64,000 nucleotides of DNA from an uncultured bacterium (GTDB lineage Bacteria > Babelota > Babeliae > Babelales > JACPOV01). Numbering within the stretch: the first letter of the stretch is position 1; the number at the start of each line of letters is the position of its first letter. Location of the stretch: contig CAVUUR010000006.1 in assembly GCA_963744715.1 (NCBI GenBank), positions 177,558-241,557 of the forward strand, written 5' to 3'. This document shows positions 20,836 to 30,269 of the stretch, one piece after another. The notes beneath the pieces are model-generated. The model had not been told where the DNA came from, made no database searches, and was given only the letters and a program-made list of their open reading frames with translations. Made by a program: the position numbers and the translations under genes.

Positions 20836-21513
20836 ATGTGGCCATTACCTACACCTCAATATACTATCGTGAGCATAAATATTGATCCGGAAGGAGTAGC
20901 GTGTTACGCATTTTCCCTACAGAAAAAAAAGATATTATTACGCCATTATGCGCATTTTGATACTGCAAAAATAATGATCATTAATGGCATTATTTTTAAC
21001 AGCACTGCACTTCATTCGCATATAAATAAATTTATCATTGATAACGATCTTGCCTATAGTTACGGCGTATTAGCAATTACCCAACCCAGCGTTACACAAG
21101 AATTATGTACCACGAACGCAGTTCAAGATATATACCACCAACATGCTTACAACGTTACTAACCGCCCTATACTATCATTGCTCTCCGATCGCTGGTATTA
21201 CCTAAGTACTATTTCAGAACAGTATCTTTTTCATTACAAATTATTTTTAACACGACTCAAGTTACATTGTTTACAAATAACCACACCTATACTTGCATTG
21301 TTAACCATATATGAATTGCTCTATCCAAAAAATATCATTACCTATGATAAACAAACTATTTGCTCATTGTACGATCACTGCATGAATGCAATAACTATCA
21401 ATGATCTAGAAAATTGTGTAACGATAGCTTCAAATATTACGCTCAACAAAACAGAACTTGCTCGAGGCGTTGGATTATTTTTACTTGGAAAAAAAACATA
21501 TGAACAATCATAA
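20836..21513 (+). CDS. divergent PilM-like protein
   Basis: Precedes a PilN-like gene; N-terminal beta pattern with I.NGII and C-terminal ARGVGL resemble the ends of PilM. Confidence 0.35.
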   Translation: MWPLPTPQYTIVSINIDPEGVACYAFSLQKKKILLRHYAHFDTAKIMIINGIIFNSTALHSHINKFIIDNDLAYSYGVLAITQPSVTQELCTTNAVQDIYHQHAYNVTNRPILSLLSDRWYYLSTISEQYLFHYKLFLTRLKLHCLQITTPILALLTIYELLYPKNIITYDKQTICSLYDHCMNAITINDLENCVTIASNITLNKTELARGVGLFLLGKKTYEQS

Positions 21514-22051
21514 TTTTATTGTACCCATTGCTCCTAAAAAACAACGTGAAATACGTAGATGGTATATTATTTCATGCTATAGCGCTATTATCGTTATATG
21601 CTTGATAAGTGCGCTCACCATACAACAAGTATATGACCTCTGGCATCTTAAAAAAGATTATCAACTGCTATCAAGACAAGAACAAGAATATGAAACTTTT
21701 TTAAAAACCGTTGAACAACTTGAGATACAGGAAACGGCGCTTGCTAAAAAATTGAAAAAATTAACGCAATTTTGTAAAAATCCAATAATGCCATCAACGC
21801 TCTTTGAACATCTTACAACAATGTTACCCAACGATGTTGCATTTTCTAAGGTTATTTTAAATGATCATCGCACCGTTGAATTACAAGGCCATGCCATGAA
21901 TACACAAGGCATAACTACCTTATTGCAACGATTAGATTCATCACCCTTACTTACACAGATTCATGTAACTTCTTTACATCATCAATCGCAACAAGCAACA
22001 GCAAATGCTCCATGCTTGCAGTTTGTTATGCAAGGAACTATAAAAAAATAA
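21500..22051 (+). CDS. PilN domain protein
   Basis: TM helix, coiled coil, then L...LP.DV.F..V....VELQG.A.....I..L..L..SP.L. Confidence 0.7.
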   Translation: MNNHNFIVPIAPKKQREIRRWYIISCYSAIIVICLISALTIQQVYDLWHLKKDYQLLSRQEQEYETFLKTVEQLEIQETALAKKLKKLTQFCKNPIMPSTLFEHLTTMLPNDVAFSKVILNDHRTVELQGHAMNTQGITTLLQRLDSSPLLTQIHVTSLHHQSQQATANAPCLQFVMQGTIKK

Positions 22052-22135
22052 ACAAACTAGGTATTATTTTTTTGCTTGTTATACTTGATTATGCGTAATA
22101 CAACATAGTTTAGTTTTTTATCTGTTTTCATTGTC

Positions 22136-23977
22136 ATGGGAAAAATAAAACAATTACCACCGCACGAAGCCCACAAAATTGCAGCAGGAGAAGTAGTAGA
22201 TCGCCCTGCCAACGTAGTAAAAGAATTAATAGAAAATTCAATTGATGCAGGCGCTCAATCTATTTGCCTGTATCTTGAACGTTCCGGGCACAATAGCATT
22301 AGAGTTGTCGATAATGGTTACGGCATGGATCAAGAAGATGCCGAACTGTGTTTTGCACATCATGCAACAAGTAAAATTAGTTCCGTTGAACAACTGTATT
22401 CATTACAAAGTTTCGGATTCCGCGGCGAAGCATTAACCAGCATTGCTGCAGTAAGTAAAGTAACCCTTATCACCAAAGAACAGCATGCGCATACTGGTAT
22501 TAAGCTTGAGCGAACTAATAATATCATAACCAGTTGCCAAGAAGTTTCGTGCACATCAGGCACCGATATTACCGTTCAAGATCTTTTTTATAATGTTCCC
22601 GCTCGAAAAAAATTTCTTAAAAAAGAACAAACAGAATTGCGCAACATTGTGCAACTATTTCATGCATTCTGCTTTGATTATCCGAAGATACAATTTAAAT
22701 TGTATTCTGATGGTAACCTTATTTCTAACGTTCCATCAGTTGAAAATCTTGAACAACGCGTACAACAATTGTGGCAAGCAATACCAATGATGAGCATTGA
22801 GCAAACAACAAATAATACTATCAAAATACAGGGTATTATTTCATCTCATCAGCATTATCGGTATGATCGCAGCAACATTTTCTTTTTTGTTAATCAACGA
22901 TGGGTAAAAAATAACGCACTTATAAAGGCATTATTAAAAAGTTATCTTAACGTATTGCCCGAAGGGCGCTATCCGAGTGCTATCGTATCATTAACGATTG
23001 ATCCGCAGGAAATTGATATTAATATTCACCCGCGCAAAGAAGAAGTGCAATTTCTTCATGAACGCATCGTTGAACAGGTTGTTTACAATGCAGTAAAAAG
23101 TACTCTTGAGAAACATCTGTCGCATCACGTTGTTTTACCAAGAGCAACAGAACCTTCTTACGCCACCACCTTTGCACCATTAAAAACTACCGTAGATCAT
23201 ACTAACACATTCCCTAAAAACTTCTCTTTAACAGCGCATACTGCATCTGAACAGAAATTTGAAGAAAAATTTCATTATACAAAACCTTATGCTAATTCTT
23301 TTGCACAACAACCAATAGCAACAGCACCTGCGCCTATTGAGCGGCACAACAATACACTACAAAATGCACAACAACAAGAATCTTTTGTGCACGCTGAACC
23401 CTATCAATTTATTGGCATGTATAATAACACGTATATTCTTGCCGAATCGCCAGAGGGATTAGTATTAATTGATCAACATGCGGCGCATGAAAGAATTTTA
23501 TACGAGCAGTTTAAGAGCCGTTTTGACACCATGCAAACAATACCGCTCTTATTCCCTGCCATTATTACATTTTCTGCTGATGAATATGCGTTGATCACCG
23601 AATATACGGATATCCTAAAAACTCATGGCTTAATTATTGAATCGTTTGGGCACAATAGTATTATCGTTCAATCAGCACCGGCGCATTTAAAAAATATTTC
23701 ATTTACAGACCTACTTAAGGAATTATTAGGTTTGCTCATTGAACATAAAAATCTTGATCGCGATACCTTTTTGACTACCATTCATGAAAAAATTCATGCA
23801 CAAATGGCCTGCAAAGCCGCAGTAAAGGCGGGTGATGAACTGACGCAAGAACAGATTAAACGATTGCTTAATGATCTTTATGCAACCAGTAATCGATTTG
23901 CATGTCCTCACGGAAGACCAACCCTATGGACGCTGCATCAAGAAGAAATTGAACGAAAATTTAAGCGAAAAAAATAA
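22136..23977 (+). CDS. mutL: DNA mismatch repair endonuclease MutL
   Basis: IAAGEVV.RPA.VVKELIENS.DAGA, HATSK, GFRGEAL, DQHAAHER, ACK, CPHGRP. Confidence 0.98.
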   Translation: MGKIKQLPPHEAHKIAAGEVVDRPANVVKELIENSIDAGAQSICLYLERSGHNSIRVVDNGYGMDQEDAELCFAHHATSKISSVEQLYSLQSFGFRGEALTSIAAVSKVTLITKEQHAHTGIKLERTNNIITSCQEVSCTSGTDITVQDLFYNVPARKKFLKKEQTELRNIVQLFHAFCFDYPKIQFKLYSDGNLISNVPSVENLEQRVQQLWQAIPMMSIEQTTNNTIKIQGIISSHQHYRYDRSNIFFFVNQRWVKNNALIKALLKSYLNVLPEGRYPSAIVSLTIDPQEIDINIHPRKEEVQFLHERIVEQVVYNAVKSTLEKHLSHHVVLPRATEPSYATTFAPLKTTVDHTNTFPKNFSLTAHTASEQKFEEKFHYTKPYANSFAQQPIATAPAPIERHNNTLQNAQQQESFVHAEPYQFIGMYNNTYILAESPEGLVLIDQHAAHERILYEQFKSRFDTMQTIPLLFPAIITFSADEYALITEYTDILKTHGLIIESFGHNSIIVQSAPAHLKNISFTDLLKELLGLLIEHKNLDRDTFLTTIHEKIHAQMACKAAVKAGDELTQEQIKRLLNDLYATSNRFACPHGRPTLWTLHQEEIERKFKRKK

Positions 23978-24751
23978 TTAGCGCATAGTATTACTATTAA
24001 AAGCGTTAGTTCGTTCTTCCAATAACGTTCTATACACATGTGCATACACTAATATACTCGCCGGCCATATAATAAATAAGGTTATGCCAAAAAAGACCGT
24101 TGCTATTGAATTCATCAAAACAAACAAAATATTTAATGCTAAAAGTTTCCATTTCGAACCGTACGTTACTTCCGCACTGTGATGAAATGCTTCAAAAACA
24201 CCAAGATTTTCATACACGATACCATGATGCACAAAAGCGTATCTAATGCTTAAATAAATACCTGGAACAATAAAACAAGCAAAACCAAGCCCGCACATAA
24301 GCCAATATAATAATGAAGCAACCAGATCACGTAACACTAAATGCCCACAAGAAAATAATCTTTTGATATAACTTTCTCCTCGATCATAAAAATCAAAAGC
24401 AATTCTAATATTACCTAGAGCAAAAAAGCGAATCATCGGGTAAAATCCTAGAATCAACAATGCAATAATGCCAAACATGGCATACCAATTTAAATGATGA
24501 ATGACAGACTTTAATTGTACTTTGACCATTTCCATAGCACTCGAAGAAGATGCAACATCAAGCATACTAATAGTTGGAACTACATTATTGAAAAACAATA
24601 CATAGGCTAATAATAAAACTACCAGTCCCACTATAAAAGCAATGCCATATTGCACAAAAATAAGCCCGAGAAAAAAAGCAAAATGCTCAAACAGCGTAAA
24701 AAATCCAAATTTTAATGATTCAGTTATTGAAAAACCTTTTTTTTGATCCAT
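23978..24751 (-). CDS. integral membrane protein
   Basis: Several TM helices; FIVPGIYL..RY.F and S..VT.G.KWKL motif. Confidence 0.7.
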   Translation of the reverse strand: MDQKKGFSITESLKFGFFTLFEHFAFFLGLIFVQYGIAFIVGLVVLLLAYVLFFNNVVPTISMLDVASSSSAMEMVKVQLKSVIHHLNWYAMFGIIALLILGFYPMIRFFALGNIRIAFDFYDRGESYIKRLFSCGHLVLRDLVASLLYWLMCGLGFACFIVPGIYLSIRYAFVHHGIVYENLGVFEAFHHSAEVTYGSKWKLLALNILFVLMNSIATVFFGITLFIIWPASILVYAHVYRTLLEERTNAFNSNTMR

Positions 24752-24872
24752 GGTTAATATTCCTTTATTTTTTCATCTATTGAACAACCTATAGTTGTAA
24801 GAATAAAAAGAACAAACAGATAATACAAGAATTTTTTAAGATTTATACTACTTATGAAGTCACCATTACACA

Positions 24873-24910
24873 ATAATAGAGAGGAGAAATAATATTCTTC
24901 TCTCTATTAT
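24873..24910 (-). terminator. hairpin downstream of ankyrin gene 24949..26886
   Basis: ATAATAGAGAGGAGAA / TTCTTCTCTCTATTAT imperfect inverted repeat. Confidence 0.55.
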
Positions 24911-24948
24911 GCCATATCAAAATTGAACATCTACTCTTTAATGCATCA

Positions 24949-26886
24949 TTACAGCGCTCTATGCAAATTGCGCAACGTCATATTTAACGTTTGCAGCTGT
25001 TGGTATACTACGCCAAGATCTACCCGCGTTGGTTGTTGTTTTCTCTGCGCTTCTTGAAGTAATGCTTTTGCTTGTTCGTTACCAGATAAATCTAAAGCGG
25101 TTTGCCCTACTGCATTTTTTAATGTAATATTTGCTCCCTCATTAAGCAAGGCTGGTATGAGCTCATATCTAGTACCCTCCGCTGCCATCATTAATGCACT
25201 AAAGCCTTCTCGATTTTGTAAATTAACGTTGATATTTTTAATTCTTAAAAGCAATGTTATTATCGGTTCCTCATCATCAGAAATCGCTGCCATAAGCGCA
25301 GTATCTCCATTGTCATTCTGTCCATTAATATCCGCACCCGCATCAATCAGCGCTTGAACGATACCGGGATTACGATGTTCTACTGCTTCTATGAGAAGTG
25401 TTGTTGCATGACCAGCTGCGTCTTTTATCACGTCATTAATATGATCTTTAATTTCTTGATCACCCAGGAAATCTTTTATTTGGGTTACCTGAACCTTTTT
25501 AATCATTTCTTGTAACTTTTTCAATTTTTGCTCAGTAGTTAGTGCTGGTTTTTTAATCAACTTTTCAAGATAAGTTACAATGTTATTGTTATGCGCGCCT
25601 TTAGCAACGTCAAGAGCTGTCTGAGGCTTCTTTTCATTTATTCCAAATATTACAGCTTTGTTAAGATCTGCGCCCTTATCAACGAGTAATTGTATTATCT
25701 GATTTGCCATATCTTCTGCGTCATTCATAACTACATGAAAAATAGGTGTTAATCCATTCTCATCTTCCAAATTTGAATTTGCACCTTTATTTAAAAGAGA
25801 ACTAACTACCTTACGCGCATCGTCAGTAAAAGCAAGATCTCGTTGCGTTGCATAAAAAAGAGCGCTTTCTCCTTTACTGTCTCGTGCATTAACATTAGCC
25901 CCTTTATCAAGCAAAAATGCAACGATGCCTGGTTGCCAATTAGATGCTGCCTCCATTAAAGCAGTTCTACCATTATTATCCGCTTTATTAACTAACTCAT
26001 GATTCTTGGTATATAGACTCAATACTTTAGAATAATCTTTACCCGCGGCATCAATAAATTCCTTGATTTCTTGTTGTTCTTTAGTCGGCTGTTCTCTTGC
26101 AGCGCCACGTATTAATGATCTAATAAAGTCATTCTTGGCATAGTTCACGGCCGTGTCCCCTTTGGAATCCTTTGCCGAAACATCTGCTCCTGCCCGAAGC
26201 AATGCCCCTACTATTTCCCTATTTCCTTTCTTAGCTGCAAACATAAGTGGTGTTTTACCTGCATTTGTTTTCACATTTACATCGGCATCGTTCTCTATCA
26301 GAAATTTAATAGCAGGTAACTGTGACCCTTCTATAGATGCAATCAATGGATTCATTTCTTCACCCCGATATTGCATCATCGCATCAATATTGGGTAGCAT
26401 ATTTGGCAAAATTGTTTTTAAAGTTCCAACTAATCCTTTATAAGCAGTATCAACAAAATTTTTTAATTGTTCTTCTTTTTTCTTAGGTAATGCTGGCGGA
26501 TTTTTTAATAATTTAACAATTGCTTCAAATTCTGGTTTGCTCTCTGCTAAAGACAATGGCGTTTTTTTATCTGAAGTGTGCGGATACTTAGGATTTGCAC
26601 CTTTGTTCAAAAGCTCCCTTATAAGCGAGAAATACCTTGCTCGATCTAATGTATCTTGTGGTATTTCTGTCACATCAATTGCAAGCCACAGGGGAGTTTC
26701 TCCAGTCTTATAAGGATCTGCATTTGGCGCAAGTATATTCATAGTTATCATGTTTGCTGCAAGGCCATAAGTTTTATCGGTAATATATGATTTAAATTCA
26801 CCGTAATTAAGCTTTTCTTGCTCCATAGCAAAAGCAGTATGCATTCCTATCATAGTAAAAGTTAATAATAACATCTTTTTGTTCAT
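24949..26886 (-). CDS. exported multi-module ankyrin repeat protein
   Basis: Signal peptide; repeated G.T(P/A)L..A and GA(D/N)(V/I)N ankyrin motifs; C-terminal DLG.V.QQL tail. Confidence 0.92.
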   Translation of the reverse strand: MNKKMLLLTFTMIGMHTAFAMEQEKLNYGEFKSYITDKTYGLAANMITMNILAPNADPYKTGETPLWLAIDVTEIPQDTLDRARYFSLIRELLNKGANPKYPHTSDKKTPLSLAESKPEFEAIVKLLKNPPALPKKKEEQLKNFVDTAYKGLVGTLKTILPNMLPNIDAMMQYRGEEMNPLIASIEGSQLPAIKFLIENDADVNVKTNAGKTPLMFAAKKGNREIVGALLRAGADVSAKDSKGDTAVNYAKNDFIRSLIRGAAREQPTKEQQEIKEFIDAAGKDYSKVLSLYTKNHELVNKADNNGRTALMEAASNWQPGIVAFLLDKGANVNARDSKGESALFYATQRDLAFTDDARKVVSSLLNKGANSNLEDENGLTPIFHVVMNDAEDMANQIIQLLVDKGADLNKAVIFGINEKKPQTALDVAKGAHNNNIVTYLEKLIKKPALTTEQKLKKLQEMIKKVQVTQIKDFLGDQEIKDHINDVIKDAAGHATTLLIEAVEHRNPGIVQALIDAGADINGQNDNGDTALMAAISDDEEPIITLLLRIKNINVNLQNREGFSALMMAAEGTRYELIPALLNEGANITLKNAVGQTALDLSGNEQAKALLQEAQRKQQPTRVDLGVVYQQLQTLNMTLRNLHRAL

Positions 26887-26887
26887 A

Positions 26888-26964
26888 TCAAATCTCCCTT
26901 TTTATAGTATTTTTACCTAACATTACTGCTCGTGGCATGTATAATGCAATAGTTTTTTTGATAA
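26888..26964 (-). promoter_or_regulatory. duplicated promoter/RBS unit, copy 1 (TTGCAT-N18-TAATGT)
   Basis: Very similar to 28099-28172 and 28192-28268. Confidence 0.55.
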
Positions 26965-26994
26965 CTTCATCATGTTGGCTCTATACAAATACAA

Positions 26995-27023
26995 AAGGGG
27001 AAGAAATAAAACTTCTTCCCCTT
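26995..27023 (-). terminator. hairpin downstream of ankyrin gene 27072..28097
   Basis: AAGGGGAAGAA / TTCTTCCCCTT. Confidence 0.6.
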
Positions 27024-27071
27024 GACACTTATATTATTTTAAAATGCACACTTATTTTCTTTATGCATCAA

Positions 27072-28097
27072 TTAAAATGCTGCACGCAAATTCTGTAATG
27101 AAGTTTGAAGCTTCATTAATTGTTGATGTACTATGCCAAGATCTGCCGGTTGCGATGGTTGTTTATTCAAACTTTCAAGGTAGTTTATGATTTCTTGTTT
27201 TTTCCGGCCTCTGGCAATATCAAGAACAGTTATTGATTTTCCATTTTGGGCTAATACAGTTTTACCAAGATCTGCACCTTCTTGCACCAACACCTTTATG
27301 ATTGCAAGAGCATGGTCTTCATCACCATTTTCCACAGCATAAAAAATGGGTGTTACTCCCGATTGATCTGCAATATTTGGATTTGCATGGTGAGCTAAAA
27401 GGGTCGTAACGATATCAACAGCACTTACATCAAATTCTCCAGGACTTCTGGTTACCCATATTAATGCCGTATGTTTATTACCATCCTGTGCATTAGGATT
27501 AGCACCTTCAGTGAGCAAAAAATTAACATTAGCTAATTTTCTGGCTGCTGCGGCATTCATTAAAGCTGTCATACCAAGGTTATCCTTAGCATCAAGTAGG
27601 CCTTTGTTTTTGTCATATAATGCTCTTAACTGCGCAACGTCAGCCCTACCTGCTGTGCCAATAAAATTTACAATTTGTTCTTTTGTTGGCTGAACTGGTT
27701 GCGGGCCAACGGGTTGCTCTCCCTTTAATTTTCCTTTTAACAAATCAATAGTCTCTGGAGTAGTAAATCCTTTTCTCTCTGCCAAAGATACTAATCCCGT
27801 ATTAACTTGTGCACCTTTATCTAACAATCTTTTTATAAGATATTCATAAGGCTGCTTATCGATCTCTTCCATTTTTATTGGTGTATTAATTGTAAGGAAA
27901 AGGGGAGTTTCTCCATTAGAGTAGGGATCAGCATCTGCCCTGACTGTCCCAGAATCTATCATCGTTGCTGCGAGAGAATATTTTCTCAATGAAATTAATT
28001 TAGAAAATTGATCATACTTAAGATCTCTTTGTAGTGCCCCAAAAACTGTATTTATCGCTAAAATACTAAAAACTAATAACAATATCTTTTTTTTCAT
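27072..28097 (-). CDS. exported ankyrin repeat protein, paralog of 24949..26886
   Basis: Start MKKKILLL after AAGGAG; ADPY..GETPL, GMTALM.AA, G.TPIF; DLGIVHQQL tail. Confidence 0.9.
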   Translation of the reverse strand: MKKKILLLVFSILAINTVFGALQRDLKYDQFSKLISLRKYSLAATMIDSGTVRADADPYSNGETPLFLTINTPIKMEEIDKQPYEYLIKRLLDKGAQVNTGLVSLAERKGFTTPETIDLLKGKLKGEQPVGPQPVQPTKEQIVNFIGTAGRADVAQLRALYDKNKGLLDAKDNLGMTALMNAAAARKLANVNFLLTEGANPNAQDGNKHTALIWVTRSPGEFDVSAVDIVTTLLAHHANPNIADQSGVTPIFYAVENGDEDHALAIIKVLVQEGADLGKTVLAQNGKSITVLDIARGRKKQEIINYLESLNKQPSQPADLGIVHQQLMKLQTSLQNLRAAF

Positions 28098-28098
28098 A

Positions 28099-28268
28099 CC
28101 TATCTCCTTATTAATAGTATTTTTACCTAACCTTACTGCGCGTGGCATTGATAATGCAATAGTTTTTTAATAACAATATCTTTTTTGTCATAGAAATCTC
28201 GCTTTATTACAATATTTTACATAACATTACTGTTCGCACTGACGACAATGCAATATTTTTTTGATAAA
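28099..28268 (-). repeat. two tandem copies of the ankyrin-gene promoter/RBS unit; the upstream copy heads a 22-codon remnant ORF (MTKKILLL..., start 28191)
   Basis: ATTGCATT...CAGTAA.GTTA.GTAAAA motif repeated; remnant matches the MKKKILLL/MNKKMLLL starts. Confidence 0.6.
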
Positions 28269-28344
28269 TAGTCCCCTAATAGTTCTTTGTGAGTTGCTTC
28301 ATAACCCTACATGCACCAAAAAATAATCAGCAATACATTATTTT

Positions 28345-29361
28345 TTATAAATATTGTTCTTTATTATTTTTTTTAAGCATTTGCACAATTTCTTTGATAT
28401 GTTCGGTATTATCCGATTGTGCAATAAGTAATGCATCTTCTGTTTGAACAACACAAAGATTATTAACACCAATAAGAGCGACCAATTTGCCGGGAACGTC
28501 AATTTTATTGTTATGCGCATTCAATGCGATAACGTTTTGCTCAGATTTTTTAAGCGTAAGAAAGGTATCTAAATTGCCAACATCTGACCAATCAAATAGT
28601 GCAGGAACCACCCAAACATTATTGCTATGCTCCAAAACGGCATGATCAAATGAGATTGAAGAAATTTTTTGATAATCATAACCCTGGTCAACGTACGCAT
28701 GTACCATTTGATATAGCGTTAATGCATGCATACGAAATTCACGTAAAAAAGTATCTACTTTGCCACAAAATATGCCACTATTCCATAGCATATTTTCTTG
28801 CTGAACATATTGTTGCGCAGATTGCAATGTTGGTTTTTCATGAAAAGAATGTACTGGATATGCATCTTTATCAACATGCTCTGTATCGGCTTGAATATAC
28901 CCGTAACCAGTTGCCGGATGGGTAGGTTTAATACCAAGTAAGGTAATAGAATCCTGTTTTTCAGAAACCTGTATTGCTTGCATTAATGTTTTTTGAAAAG
29001 CATCAGTATCTTTAATATAATGATCGGCTGGCACAAAAACAATTAACGCTTCTGGATTGAGAGCATATATTTTTAAACATGCCAATAAAACTGCAGGCCC
29101 AGTATTACGCGTGGCCGGCTCTGTAGCGATAACACCCACGCGTGAACCAACCGCCTGTTGAATGGAAGCTTTTTGTTCATCTGTAGTAAAAATCCAAAGA
29201 TTACTTTTGTCCACTAATGAATCTACACGATCGATAGTTTGCGCAAGCAGTGATGAACCATTAAGAGAAAGCAGTTGCTTGGGGTGCAGTTGCCTACTTA
29301 ACGGCCACAGTCGCTCCCCTTTTCCTCCGGCAAGAATAACAACGACGACGTTTTTGTTCAT
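28345..29361 (-). CDS. manC: mannose-1-phosphate guanylyltransferase
   Basis: ILAGGKGERLWPLSR...PKQ, EP..RNT.PA, PADH, TGYGYI, F.EKP, WNSG.F, WSDVG. Confidence 0.95.
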   Translation of the reverse strand: MNKNVVVVILAGGKGERLWPLSRQLHPKQLLSLNGSSLLAQTIDRVDSLVDKSNLWIFTTDEQKASIQQAVGSRVGVIATEPATRNTGPAVLLACLKIYALNPEALIVFVPADHYIKDTDAFQKTLMQAIQVSEKQDSITLLGIKPTHPATGYGYIQADTEHVDKDAYPVHSFHEKPTLQSAQQYVQQENMLWNSGIFCGKVDTFLREFRMHALTLYQMVHAYVDQGYDYQKISSISFDHAVLEHSNNVWVVPALFDWSDVGNLDTFLTLKKSEQNVIALNAHNNKIDVPGKLVALIGVNNLCVVQTEDALLIAQSDNTEHIKEIVQMLKKNNKEQYL

Positions 29362-30098
29362 TACTTTTCTCTTTTTGCTGGCCTCACCGTTGAATATATT
29401 CGATTACCTAATAATTTAAAGAACATGCCTGCAACTTCAGCCATAATGGAAACTGATAATTTTGATTTTCCATAAATACGATTTTGTGCTTGTATAGGAA
29501 CTTCAATAATAGTCGCACCTGCTTTTTTAGCATGATACAATGATTCCATGCAAAATGAAAAACCATGAGAAGTAAAATGTTTGTACATTTCAGGCTTTAA
29601 AATGGAAATATTATATAATCTAAAAGCACCGGTGCAGTCATACGGCATACCTAAACCATATTTGATCATGCCGCGCCAAAAATAGGTAAATGGTAATCGA
29701 ATTTTACCCCACCCGGACATGCCACCACCATACGTATAACGAGACCCAATGACAATATCTGCCTTATCGCGCTTTTCAAGCATCGTTGGAATATACAATG
29801 GGTTGTGCGTAAAATCAGCATCCATGGTCAGCAAATAGGAGTAATTTCGATTCCGCGCAAAATTAAATGCCTGTACATGAGCAGTGCCTAACCCCATTTT
29901 TTTTGGTCTATGCAGAACATGCACCGTGGAATCTTTTTTTTTAATAGTATCAATAACCGCCCCCGTTCCATCGGGTGAATTATCATCGATGAATAATATA
30001 TCAACCGGTATACTTAATTCTTTGAGGGCTTTATATAAAAGAGGAACATTTTGACATTCATTATAGGTCGGTATCGCTACTAATATTGTATTTTGCAT
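29361..30098 (-). CDS. polyprenol monophosphomannose synthase-like glycosyltransferase (GT2)
   Basis: IPTYNE, DDNSPDGT, GLGTA, MDADFTH, IGSRY, DCTGAFR, R..GKSK. Confidence 0.9.
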   Translation of the reverse strand: MQNTILVAIPTYNECQNVPLLYKALKELSIPVDILFIDDNSPDGTGAVIDTIKKKDSTVHVLHRPKKMGLGTAHVQAFNFARNRNYSYLLTMDADFTHNPLYIPTMLEKRDKADIVIGSRYTYGGGMSGWGKIRLPFTYFWRGMIKYGLGMPYDCTGAFRLYNISILKPEMYKHFTSHGFSFCMESLYHAKKAGATIIEVPIQAQNRIYGKSKLSVSIMAEVAGMFFKLLGNRIYSTVRPAKREK

Positions 30099-30269
30099 AC
30101 TATATTTCCTTATCATAATTCTATACTTATTCATGTATAGTACCTGTTTGCATAACTATACATATCCTTAAGTATACCACGTACTGCAAGAATAATTAGT
30201 ATCAGTTAAAATATTCTGCATAGCCCAAGCAACCACCGCTCGCAATAATTTTCAGATAGTATATTTACA

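Noticed and set aside
30225..30245. ops/JUMPstart element in the glycan cluster
   Set aside because: Only a loose match (AGCGGTGGTT) and it is mid-operon rather than in the leader
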